64,000 nucleotides of DNA from Patescibacteria group bacterium. Its GTDB lineage: Bacteria; Patescibacteriota; Microgenomatia; UBA10105; UBA927. Made by a program: the position numbers and the translations under genes. The DNA lies in contig JAMCTH010000009.1 of the NCBI GenBank assembly GCA_023379025.1, positions 133,092-197,091 on the forward strand. The letters are read 5' to 3'. Within the stretch, counting starts at the first letter, position 1; every line of letters begins with the position of its first letter. Positions 28,052-36,901 of the stretch are shown here, in pieces. The notes beneath the pieces were generated by a model. The model was not told the origin of the DNA, made no database searches, and saw only the letters and a program-made list of their open reading frames with translations.

Positions 28052-28704
28052 CGAAACAGATTGTTCCCATCCGCTCTTCCACACAGGAGTTCATAGAAAT
28101 AGAGGACGTTAGCCACAATATCGTTATGTTTAAGGATGGATCATGTGCTGCGATTATTACAACCACGGCTGTAAACTTCGGCCTCCTTTCAGAAAAAGAG
28201 CAGGAGGCAATTATCTATGCCTACGCAGGGTTTCTGAACTCACTCTCCTTCCCCGTAGAAATCATCGTGCGCTCGCAACAAAAGGATGTCACCGCGTATC
28301 TCAGACTGCTTGAGGCGCAGGAAAAGAAAGAAACAAACCCCAAGCTTGTCAAAAACATCCACGATTACCGCATGTTCGTTGCGGAAACCGTCAAAGAAAA
28401 GGATGTTCTCGACAAAAAGTTCTACATCATCATACCCTTTTCATACCTGGAGCTCGGCGCGTCAACAAAAGTATTGTTTGGCGGTAAAACCCGCGGACTC
28501 CCCTACCCCAAAGACTATGTTTATGAACGCGCCCTTTCCGTCCTGACCCCAAAATGCGATCATGTCATCCGACTGCTGGGACGGCTCGGCCTCCGCGGCA
28601 CACAACTCACGAGCGAACAGGTAAAAAAATATTTCTTCCTCGCCTATAACCCAAGCAGCAGCGCTCCCGAGGGAAAACCCGGGTCCGTGCCGGAAACACC
28701 ATGA
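28048..28704 (+). CDS. VirB4/TrbE/CagE-family ATPase, N-terminal domain encoded as separate ORF
   Basis: IVPIRSSTQEFIEIEDVSHNIVMFKDGSCAAIITTTAVNFGLLSEKEQEAIIYAYAGFLNSLSFPVEIIV matches the CagE_TrbE_VirB N-terminal domain; stop overlaps next start (ATGA). Confidence 0.55.
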   Translation: MTKQIVPIRSSTQEFIEIEDVSHNIVMFKDGSCAAIITTTAVNFGLLSEKEQEAIIYAYAGFLNSLSFPVEIIVRSQQKDVTAYLRLLEAQEKKETNPKLVKNIHDYRMFVAETVKEKDVLDKKFYIIIPFSYLELGASTKVLFGGKTRGLPYPKDYVYERALSVLTPKCDHVIRLLGRLGLRGTQLTSEQVKKYFFLAYNPSSSAPEGKPGSVPETP

Positions 28705-30689
28705 CAAATTTCAATCTGCAGACATTCATAAAAAAATTTATCGATCCGATGCCGGACGATACCCCCATCAGGCATGAGGCGGGCGTGCCCCTGTCTATTG
28801 CCGATGTCATCGCGCCGCCCCTTGTCGACGTGGACTTTGATTATCTCAAAATCGGCGAGTGGTATTTCCGAACGCTTTTTGTCGTTGGGTACCCGAGATT
28901 TGTAAGCGCCAATTGGCTCGAACCGCTCATCTCATTCAACCACACGCTTGATATCTCGATGTTTATTTATCCGACCAAATCGGAGGAGGTCCTTGAAAAC
29001 TTAAAAAGGAAAGTTGGTGAGATGGAAGCGACCATCCAGTCCGACATGAAACGCGGACGGGTGGTCGAACCGTCCATACAGGTCGCGCTCGAAGACGCGC
29101 TCTCCCTCCAGCAGGAGCTTGCAAAAGGTTCCGAACGGTTCTTTCAGTTTGGCTTATACATAACCATACCGGCCAAATCTCTTGAGGATGTAAACAAAAC
29201 AACATCGCAGGTAGAGGCAACACTCGGATCACTTCTTATCATTACCAAAAAAGCGGTGCTCCAGATGGATGAGGGATTTAGAACGACACTGCCCATGGGC
29301 CAGGACCGCATTGTTGTCACGCGAAACATGGACACGACCTCCCTCGCCACAACGTTTCCGTTCACGACGTCCGAGCTTACGGCAAACGAGGGCATTCTCT
29401 ACGGCATGAACGAGCATAACGGAAGCCTTATCATCTTCGACCGCTTCACCCTTGAAAACGCCAACACTGTCGTATTCGGAAAATCCGGGGTCGGCAAAAG
29501 CTACATGGTAAAACTGGAAATCATGCGCAGTCTTATGTTTGACACCGAAATCATCGTCATCGATCCGGAAAACGAGTATGAGGCGCTCACGCACGCGCTC
29601 GGCGGCGAATACATCCGGTTCCATTTTGGCTCGACCACAAAACTCAACCCCTTTGATTTGGCCCTTCTTACGCGGGGAGCGCCGAAGGACCTGCGGGCTC
29701 AGGATGCGGAGGAGGAGGAGGAAAGCGAACTCAACCAGAAAATTCTTTCTCTCCACGGATTTTTCCGCGTTGTCATGGGAACATTGAGCGCCACCGAGGA
29801 CGCCCTTCTTGATCGCGCGCTTATTCTGGCTTATAAACAAAAGGGTATTACTCCCGATCCCGCCACCCAAACCCTCGAACCGCCGCTTATGGAAGATCTT
29901 TATAAAGCGCTGGTCGGCATGGAAGAACCGATGGCAAGGGGCCTCGCCGACCGGATAGAAAAGTTTGTAAAAGGGAGTCTTGTCGGCATCTTTGATCAGC
30001 AGACCAACGTGGAGATCAGAAACCCGCTGACGGCATTCTCCATCCGCGACCTTGAAGAGGAGCTCCGGCCGATTGCCATGTATCTCATTCTTGATTTTAT
30101 CTGGACAAAAGTCCGCCGCGACATGAAAAGAAGAATTCTCGTCGTTGATGAGGCTTGGTATATGATGAAATATCCGGATTCCGGACAATTTCTTAACTCT
30201 ATCGCCAAACGCGCAAGAAAATATTACCTGGGGCTAACCACCATTTCGCAGGATGTTGAAGACTTTTTGTCCGTAGACCTCGGAAAGGCCATCATACAAA
30301 ACAGCAGCCTCCAGGTGCTCCTGAAACAGTCAACCGCGGCAATAGATCAGGTTGCAAAAGTTTTTTTCCTATCAGAAGGAGAGAAGCACCTGCTTCTCTC
30401 GGCGGACGTCGGAGAGGGGCTCTTTTTTGCCGGTCCGGCACACGCTGCCGTCCGCGTCATTGCTTCCCCAGTGGAGCACGAACTCGCAACCACCAAACCG
30501 CAGGAGCTGGCGGGAAGAAGGCCGCTGCAGTCCGGTCAGGCTTCTTCCGCAGGAGACCAGGCTGTTCAGCCGGCCGGAGCGGATGGGGCCCGGAAGCCTC
30601 CCGCAATGCCAACGGACCACAGAACGCTTCCTGTTTCTAACAGGCCGATATTTACTGTTGAAACGGTTGCCCAGCCGAAACTATCCTAA
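28701..30689 (+). CDS. VirB4/TrbE/TraC-family T4SS ATPase, C-terminal ATPase domains
   Basis: Walker A VFGKSGVGKSYMV, IVIDPENEY, Walker B ILVVDEAWYMM, LGLTTISQDVEDF; 662 aa. Confidence 0.75.
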   Translation: MTNFNLQTFIKKFIDPMPDDTPIRHEAGVPLSIADVIAPPLVDVDFDYLKIGEWYFRTLFVVGYPRFVSANWLEPLISFNHTLDISMFIYPTKSEEVLENLKRKVGEMEATIQSDMKRGRVVEPSIQVALEDALSLQQELAKGSERFFQFGLYITIPAKSLEDVNKTTSQVEATLGSLLIITKKAVLQMDEGFRTTLPMGQDRIVVTRNMDTTSLATTFPFTTSELTANEGILYGMNEHNGSLIIFDRFTLENANTVVFGKSGVGKSYMVKLEIMRSLMFDTEIIVIDPENEYEALTHALGGEYIRFHFGSTTKLNPFDLALLTRGAPKDLRAQDAEEEEESELNQKILSLHGFFRVVMGTLSATEDALLDRALILAYKQKGITPDPATQTLEPPLMEDLYKALVGMEEPMARGLADRIEKFVKGSLVGIFDQQTNVEIRNPLTAFSIRDLEEELRPIAMYLILDFIWTKVRRDMKRRILVVDEAWYMMKYPDSGQFLNSIAKRARKYYLGLTTISQDVEDFLSVDLGKAIIQNSSLQVLLKQSTAAIDQVAKVFFLSEGEKHLLLSADVGEGLFFAGPAHAAVRVIASPVEHELATTKPQELAGRRPLQSGQASSAGDQAVQPAGADGARKPPAMPTDHRTLPVSNRPIFTVETVAQPKLS

Positions 30690-30701
30690 TACCGGTTTTG
30701 T

Positions 30702-33035
30702 ATGCCCGATAAAAACCACACCACACCCCAGGGAACGCTCGAGACCTTATTCCGGAGTGACCCCGCGCTCCTAAAGGCCGTTCAAATATTTGAGTATGCA
30801 AAAACACAACCGGAGTGGGAAAGCAAACTTACAACATTCCTCCAACAGACATACAACCTGACACCCGGACAATACGTTCTGACGGACCGGGTGTTTGGCG
30901 AGGCAATTAAGGCTTTTGCCCGACACTATCTGTTTGACACGGAGAGCGACCCCTCTGAGGGGCAAACGCTTGCTTCCACCGTTCCGCTCGACATCATCGA
31001 AAGCGCGTTCGTTTATCCGGAACGGCACCTTCAGGAAGAGACGTACCGTTCGTTTGCCAGACGTTTAACTGAAAATTATTACAACCAGACCGAACGATAT
31101 CTCCGGCGGGAGCAGGCCGAATACAACGCACGGCACCAGCTTGAGGAGTCAAGGAGGCGAGAGCGTGTGGCGGCCGCCATTGCTGACGCCGCCCAAAAGG
31201 CGCAATCAGCCGATGTATTCGAGGTTGAAGCACGGAGGATTCTCGATGCAAATGATGTAGTACAAAACATCGGGCCTCAGCGCGCCGCAGACCTTGTCCT
31301 CAGGCGGGAAATGGAGGTCTTTTCTCCGGCATCGGCTGTCCGGGACAGGGCCCGCGCAATTACCGACGAAATGCTCCGGTCCCGCACGAACCGTCCGGAT
31401 CTGCTTGCCGCAACCCTCGTGGAACAAAGCGCGTCTCACCCAAACACCCTTATTGCTTCATTGGTACCGGCCGCAGAGCGTGAAGCGGCGGCCCTTGGCG
31501 TCATAACGGCCGCCTATGTTCCGGGACACCCCGGCACACCGCCGGACAGAATCTTGCGTGCCTACAAGGATGGTGCCGCACAGCTATTGGGTGATGTTGC
31601 TCTTGGCATGTTGAATCCGGAGACAAGAGACCGCGTCATCGAGGCGGTGAAAGGACAATCATTTGAGCGTGCCATAAACGACAGGGGCGGACTGGAGAAA
31701 CGGTTCGGGACAGGGACAACCCCGTTTCTCGTACAGCTCCGTGCTGATACGCACAAAGCGGTCGCGGAAAGTTCTGCTGCCGCCCTGCGGAGCGCCAACG
31801 CCCACGGGCTTGCGGACAGGTGGCTTGCGCCGCTTCTCCTGCGATGGGGGCCGGGAGCGGTTCCTGTTGACGAGACTGCGTTCGCGCTGGTAGGGTTTGT
31901 GCAATCTTCCGGATTCTCATCGTTCCGGCCGCCCACCCCACCCACAACCCCCCCCACCGCCCATCCCGGGCTTGTCCCAGGAATCTATGCACAGAAAGAA
32001 GGGGCGCTACAATTTCTCTCAGCCGTGTGGGGGTGTCCAGAATTTCATCTGGCCACCCTGGTTCAGCAAAATATGGTGTCGGTCCGGTTTTCATATCTTG
32101 CTCTTTCACAGGATTTGTTTCTGTGGATTACCACAATCGGCTCCCCGGTTAAAAAAGCGGGCGCCATGGGAACTCTGGCTGCCATCGGAAAATCGGGTCT
32201 CTCAACAGGACTCGCCATCCTATTAGCCCCTGAAACGGGGGGCCTAAGTTTAATCGGAAAGATGGCTCTCAGTTTTTCTATAGATAAACTAACCAACGGA
32301 ATTTCCGGGGCGTTCCGTTTTTTTTCAAACCCCACGGGAAAAGAGGACCGGCTGGCTATGAACGGGTGGCTACTCCCCTTTCTCATTATCGCCCTTACAC
32401 TCATCCCTCTTTGGTTATTGTCAACGGCTTTTATGAGAGTGACGTCCGGCGCATTCAGTGTAACATCGAAACAAATCGGCAGCGGCCCGCCGGCCGGTAC
32501 GCCCATTATTTACACCGGCCCTCCTCCTCCGGCAACCCCGCGCGTTCCCTCCGCGGGACTCGCGGGCTGTCCTGTGGGCGGCGGCGTAGTTACGCAGGGA
32601 CCAAACGGCGCGGAGTCCCACCGGGGAATTGACGCGTATGACTTTGCCGTACCAATGGGGACGCCCGTCCGGGCCACGAGCGACGGCTTTGTTGCTGCGG
32701 CGGTGACGTCGTTTCGTCCAAACGAGTATAAATACCAGGACTTTGGGAACTATGTCCGCATGGTCGGAAGCGGCCCGGGCGGCGAATACTACACAACCTA
32801 TGCACACCTATTGAGCATAGCCCCGGAAGTTCAAACGGCGCTTCAGGCCGTGAGCGAAATGACAAACAGTCCGGCACGGCAAAATGACCCGGAACTTCTA
32901 AAACAGGCGACGATACGGGCGGGAACCATCATCGGATACACCGATAATACCGGTTACAGCACGGGGCCGCATCTTCATTATCAATATAACGGCCCCGGGC
33001 AAATGGTACTCCCTGACGGCTGTGGAGGACAATAA
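30702..33035 (+). CDS. membrane-associated cell-wall hydrolase with C-terminal M23 (LytM) peptidase domain (VirB1/PrgK-like role)
   Basis: HRGIDAYDFAVPMGTPVRATSDGFV...GNYVRMV...YAHL...GYTDNTGYSTGPHLHYQY (M23 HxxxD / HxH signature); central block of TM helices; immediately downstream of VirB4. Confidence 0.7.
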   Translation: MPDKNHTTPQGTLETLFRSDPALLKAVQIFEYAKTQPEWESKLTTFLQQTYNLTPGQYVLTDRVFGEAIKAFARHYLFDTESDPSEGQTLASTVPLDIIESAFVYPERHLQEETYRSFARRLTENYYNQTERYLRREQAEYNARHQLEESRRRERVAAAIADAAQKAQSADVFEVEARRILDANDVVQNIGPQRAADLVLRREMEVFSPASAVRDRARAITDEMLRSRTNRPDLLAATLVEQSASHPNTLIASLVPAAEREAAALGVITAAYVPGHPGTPPDRILRAYKDGAAQLLGDVALGMLNPETRDRVIEAVKGQSFERAINDRGGLEKRFGTGTTPFLVQLRADTHKAVAESSAAALRSANAHGLADRWLAPLLLRWGPGAVPVDETAFALVGFVQSSGFSSFRPPTPPTTPPTAHPGLVPGIYAQKEGALQFLSAVWGCPEFHLATLVQQNMVSVRFSYLALSQDLFLWITTIGSPVKKAGAMGTLAAIGKSGLSTGLAILLAPETGGLSLIGKMALSFSIDKLTNGISGAFRFFSNPTGKEDRLAMNGWLLPFLIIALTLIPLWLLSTAFMRVTSGAFSVTSKQIGSGPPAGTPIIYTGPPPPATPRVPSAGLAGCPVGGGVVTQGPNGAESHRGIDAYDFAVPMGTPVRATSDGFVAAAVTSFRPNEYKYQDFGNYVRMVGSGPGGEYYTTYAHLLSIAPEVQTALQAVSEMTNSPARQNDPELLKQATIRAGTIIGYTDNTGYSTGPHLHYQYNGPGQMVLPDGCGGQ

Positions 33036-33037
33036 TC

Positions 33038-34069
33038 ATGAAACGCAGACACATCGTCGTCCTTTTTGCGCTTTTTATTGTTTCTCTTTTTTCCGCGTAT
33101 CTGTGGCGTACGCAAAAACGTCCGCCCCCGCCGCAACCGATAGGCGGAGCCCGGTCCGCCGTCCCGATACCTCCCCCGAGCTTTCCTCCCGTACCCACAA
33201 TAGAACAGCCTGCGTACGTCGTTCCAACAGAAGCGGCGTTTCCCGGTTCTCTCCCTGCGTATGTCCGCACGTCTTCATTTTCAGACAACACACCTCCTTC
33301 TTCTGTAGCGGCGCGCCTGGGGTTCTCTGGTACCCCAAAAACGCTCGCTACAAGCCGGGGGAGTGTGTATTTATGGACAAACGGGGCGGCGTCTTTTACC
33401 ATCGGAGGAAATCCCGCGGACTTTGATTACCAATCCGGAGAAAATGCGGGTCGGCAAATCACAACAATTACCCCGGAAGGCGCACGGGCAATGCTTGAGG
33501 CGTTTCTGAAAAAAGCAGGGCTTACGGGCCCTGAAACAGGGTTTTCATTAACGGCGATCCACTACTTTGACCCGAAAAGCCCGGGCGGAGCAAACGAGAT
33601 ATTTGATGCATCACGGGCGACTCTCGCTCTTTTTGTTTTCGACTATACGCTTGGAGGGCGCCCTCTCTATGGTGGTATTCCCGGCACCGGAGGCATATCC
33701 ATCCGTATAAACGGGACGGGCTCCGTTGTTTCCGTTTCCGGCTATTGGTATCCAGGCCTGAAAAAAGAGGGGTCCTTCCCCATTATTTCGTCTGCGGCGG
33801 CTGTGGCGCGGCTCATCGCGCATTCAGGAGTGCTGCTGGATGTTTCGTCAACAAACAAGACCAACGAAGAACCGGAAACGTTCTCCCTGGCAACCACAAC
33901 CATCACGAAAACGGAGTTGGGATATTATGCGTCCCAGGGAGAGTCCCGGCTTTCCCCAATTTTCGTGTTTTTCGGGAAAAGCAACAATGATAACACGGGA
34001 AATCCGGTAACGACGGTGAGTGTCGTGTCGGCGGTCGCAACATTATCCGCCACGCCGGCGCAGCGATAA
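33038..34069 (+). CDS. N-terminally anchored extracytoplasmic protein, unknown (possible VirB8-like component, speculative)
   Basis: TM helix IVVLFALFIVSLFSAYLW, Pro-rich linker, ~280-aa globular part; last gene of the T4SS operon, start overlaps preceding stop. Confidence 0.4.
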   Translation: MKRRHIVVLFALFIVSLFSAYLWRTQKRPPPPQPIGGARSAVPIPPPSFPPVPTIEQPAYVVPTEAAFPGSLPAYVRTSSFSDNTPPSSVAARLGFSGTPKTLATSRGSVYLWTNGAASFTIGGNPADFDYQSGENAGRQITTITPEGARAMLEAFLKKAGLTGPETGFSLTAIHYFDPKSPGGANEIFDASRATLALFVFDYTLGGRPLYGGIPGTGGISIRINGTGSVVSVSGYWYPGLKKEGSFPIISSAAAVARLIAHSGVLLDVSSTNKTNEEPETFSLATTTITKTELGYYASQGESRLSPIFVFFGKSNNDNTGNPVTTVSVVSAVATLSATPAQR

Positions 34070-34084
34070 ACGAAGCCCCCCTCG

Positions 34085-35197
34085 CTATTCTGCCCCGCTT
34101 ACTCTCACCGGCATAATGATATGCAAAAACCCTTCGTGTTTCACAGACCGGAAAACCCCTGAATTTAGTGCGCCCGTCATTTCAAACGCAATCTCGTCTT
34201 CCTGGTATACAGACAGGAGATCAAGAATAAATCTGCTGTTAAATGCAATTTCTCCCCCCTCCCCGTCGAGCCTGCCGTCCAGAGAGACACGGCTTTCTCC
34301 TGCTTGAGGCGTGTTGGATGAAATAACGGTGTTTTTTTCTTCGATACGCAAGCGGACAATGTTTGCGTTGTCCTTTGCAAAAATCGCGGCAGACCGGACA
34401 GCCTGATGAAGCTCTTTTTTGTCATAAATCACGCGGGTGGTGTGTTTTTGGGGAATAATTTTCCCAAAATCCGGATATTCCCCGTCAAGAGCGCGCGTTG
34501 CTATTTCCGTGTTTCCAAAACTAAATAGCAGCATGTGCTCCTGAGACATCGAAAAAGACAGCCCGTTTTGATCTTTTTCTTCCTGCAGAAGCCGTGACAG
34601 CTCCAGCAGGGCGCGGGACGGTATAACGGCATCCAACCCTTTTATCAGATCCCCTTCCAGGCGGTACAGAGACAACCGGTATCCATCGGTCGCCACAACC
34701 ATGGTGTCCTTTTCCTCATTTTTTATCCTTACTCCCGTAAGAATGGGTCTTCCTTCGTCCGAGGAAGCCGCAAAAAGCACAAGAGAAAGCGCCGACACCA
34801 TTTGATCTTTGTCTATGATCTGTTTCTTTGAGACTGATGAGGCGGGAAAAGGCGGAAATTCCGAGGCAAGCACCCCTTGCACCACTGCTTCTGATTTTCC
34901 GCCGATTACACGAAGTGATTCTCCCTTGGCTTCAAGCGTCACACCGCCTTGGGGCAGAGACTGTACAAACTCCGTAAGAAGACGGGACGGGAGACATAAA
35001 GCACCTTCTTTATCTACTTTTGCTCCCAACGAAGCCCTTTCCGTCGTTTCAAGGTTCGTCGAGGTGATATACAAAAGACCGTCTTTCGCTTCAAGTAATA
35101 CGTTTTGGAGAATAGGAAGTTGCGGCTTTAAGGAGACGTTTTTTCCCGCCCGCGTAAGTCCTTTAAGAAGGTTTTCCTGAAGCAGAGAAAGTTTCAT
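34085..35197 (-). CDS. dnaN: DNA polymerase III beta subunit (sliding clamp); start at MKLSLLQENLL
   Basis: Three-domain clamp pattern, N-terminal MKLSLLQENLLKGL...LPILQNVLLEA typical of DnaN; 370 aa. Confidence 0.85.
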   Translation of the reverse strand: MKLSLLQENLLKGLTRAGKNVSLKPQLPILQNVLLEAKDGLLYITSTNLETTERASLGAKVDKEGALCLPSRLLTEFVQSLPQGGVTLEAKGESLRVIGGKSEAVVQGVLASEFPPFPASSVSKKQIIDKDQMVSALSLVLFAASSDEGRPILTGVRIKNEEKDTMVVATDGYRLSLYRLEGDLIKGLDAVIPSRALLELSRLLQEEKDQNGLSFSMSQEHMLLFSFGNTEIATRALDGEYPDFGKIIPQKHTTRVIYDKKELHQAVRSAAIFAKDNANIVRLRIEEKNTVISSNTPQAGESRVSLDGRLDGEGGEIAFNSRFILDLLSVYQEDEIAFEMTGALNSGVFRSVKHEGFLHIIMPVRVSGAE

Positions 35198-35323
35198 TAT
35201 ATTGAAATATTCTATTAGTAATAGTAAATAGTAACTGCCGTGGAAAAGTGTATGTCTTTTTGTTTTTCCTGTCAACGCAGAGAGAATGTCCTGTTTTTTG
35301 TCTGGGGAAAAGAGGGGGAAAGC

Positions 35324-35370
35324 GGTGGATAACTTGGTGGATAAGTAGAGGATAAATGGGGATAAGTGGA
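35324..35370 (+). promoter_or_regulatory. cluster of four same-orientation DnaA-box-like 9-mers (GTGGATAAC, GTGGATAAG, AGGATAAAT, GGGATAAGT) in the dnaA-dnaN intergenic region
   Basis: Match to TGTGGATAA consensus in 7-8/9 positions each; classic oriC-associated location. Confidence 0.5.
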
Positions 35371-35378
35371 AAAGCAGG

Positions 35379-36728
35379 TTAATTTTGTACCCCAAGCTTT
35401 TGTTTTATCCCCGACACCTCGTCCCGGAGCCGGTAGTTTGTGGACATCTCTTTTGTGATGGTTTCAACCCCGTGCATGACGGTGGTATGATCCCTTCCTC
35501 CGAGTATTCCTCCGATATCCTCATGGGTAAGCCCCAGTTCCGTTTTGCAAAGATACATAATCACCTGCCGGGGCCGGGCGATGGGACGGTCTCTTTTTGG
35601 CCCTTTCAGCATGGTGGGCTTAATGTTGTAAAAGGACGCCACAGCTTCAAGGATTTCCTGGGGATGGATGCGGACAGCGGGGCTTAATCTCCCCTCTCCG
35701 TTCGCGGGTTTTGTACCGAGAATTGATGTTACGACATCGGGCGTAATGGGGGCGCTTACGGTTGTAAGCCTTCTGAGAAATCCTTCGATGGCCCGGGTGT
35801 CCGTCACGTTTGCCGCTATGAGCCGTGCTGCATCAGGCGGAACAGAAAGTAAAAACGCTCTCGCCTTTATGTTCACGATTGCGACCCTGAGTTCAAAGTC
35901 CGGCTGTGAGATGTCGACGGTAAGCCCGCCCTCAAATCTTGACCGGAGCCGCTCTTCGAGTTTGGATATTTCCGCCGGGGGCCGGTCGCTCGTCAGGATA
36001 ATCTGTCCCCCTTCCCGGTGCACCGCGTTGAACGTGTGGAAAAATTCTTCCTGGGCGGTCTGCTTTCCCGCGATAAACTGGACGTCGTCAACCATGAGAA
36101 GTTCCGCGCTCCGGTATTTCTGCTTGAAAAGGCGGGCCGTCTTTGTTTGAATAGCCTCGATAATGTCGTTTAAGAATTCTTCCCCCATGCAGTAGACGAT
36201 TTTTGCCCCGGGTTTTTTTGACAGAACGCTGTTGGCTACCGCGTGCATGAGGTGCGTTTTTCCCACGCCGACACCTCCATAAAGAAACAAAGGGTTGTAG
36301 GCCGAGCCCGGCGACTTGGCAACGGCGGTGGCCGCCGCATAGGCAATCTGATTGCTTGTTGAAACGGCAAAATTATCGAATGTTGCATCCCCCCTGATGT
36401 GGAGACTCCGCGCCCCCGGACCTTTCTGTATTACAACCTCAACAGCAGGCTGTTCAAACAGCGGGCCGGTATTTTTGGTTACCACAGGAAATACGACAAA
36501 AAGAACACTCGTGTTTTTTCCGGTTTTATGATCGAGGATGGTTTTTAGAAGCGAATAATACCGGGCTTCCACCATGCTCCTGATCAGGGCGCTCGGAAGA
36601 CCGACTGTTGCAATGCCGTCCTTAAGGTCCATAAGCCGGGCGTCTTTAAAATGTGTTTGGTATGTTGCTTTTGATACGGAGAGCTCGATCTCCGCAAGGA
36701 CAGATTTCCACAAGGTTGCTGCTTCCAT
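35379..36728 (-). CDS. dnaA: chromosomal replication initiator protein DnaA
   Basis: Walker A GGVGVGKTHLMHA, domain IV RPRQVIMYLCKTELGLTHEDIGGILGGRDHTTVMHG. Confidence 0.9.
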   Translation of the reverse strand: MEAATLWKSVLAEIELSVSKATYQTHFKDARLMDLKDGIATVGLPSALIRSMVEARYYSLLKTILDHKTGKNTSVLFVVFPVVTKNTGPLFEQPAVEVVIQKGPGARSLHIRGDATFDNFAVSTSNQIAYAAATAVAKSPGSAYNPLFLYGGVGVGKTHLMHAVANSVLSKKPGAKIVYCMGEEFLNDIIEAIQTKTARLFKQKYRSAELLMVDDVQFIAGKQTAQEEFFHTFNAVHREGGQIILTSDRPPAEISKLEERLRSRFEGGLTVDISQPDFELRVAIVNIKARAFLLSVPPDAARLIAANVTDTRAIEGFLRRLTTVSAPITPDVVTSILGTKPANGEGRLSPAVRIHPQEILEAVASFYNIKPTMLKGPKRDRPIARPRQVIMYLCKTELGLTHEDIGGILGGRDHTTVMHGVETITKEMSTNYRLRDEVSGIKQKLGVQN

Positions 36729-36818
36729 AATTGCTGCGGGCAGGTACGGGATTTGTAATAACGAGCACTATGTCTTCTGTCTCCACGGGACAAAAGGGAC
36801 CCGTGTAAGGCGCTTCCG

Positions 36819-36836
36819 TGGATAAGTTATCCACAT
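36819..36836 (+). promoter_or_regulatory. inverted pair of consensus DnaA boxes (GTGGATAAG / TTATCCACA) upstream of dnaA; part of candidate oriC / dnaA autoregulatory region
   Basis: TTATCCACA is a perfect E. coli-type DnaA box; palindromic arrangement gtggataagttatccacat. Confidence 0.55.
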
Positions 36837-36901
36837 CCTAAATGTGTCCTATTCTTTTGTCAATAGGATGAAAATATTAGCCTCCTACCCAAACACGGCT
36901 G

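Noticed and set aside
29229-30188. 319-aa minus-strand ORF
   Set aside because: Antisense to the VirB4 ATPase domain whose Walker motifs firmly set the coding strand.
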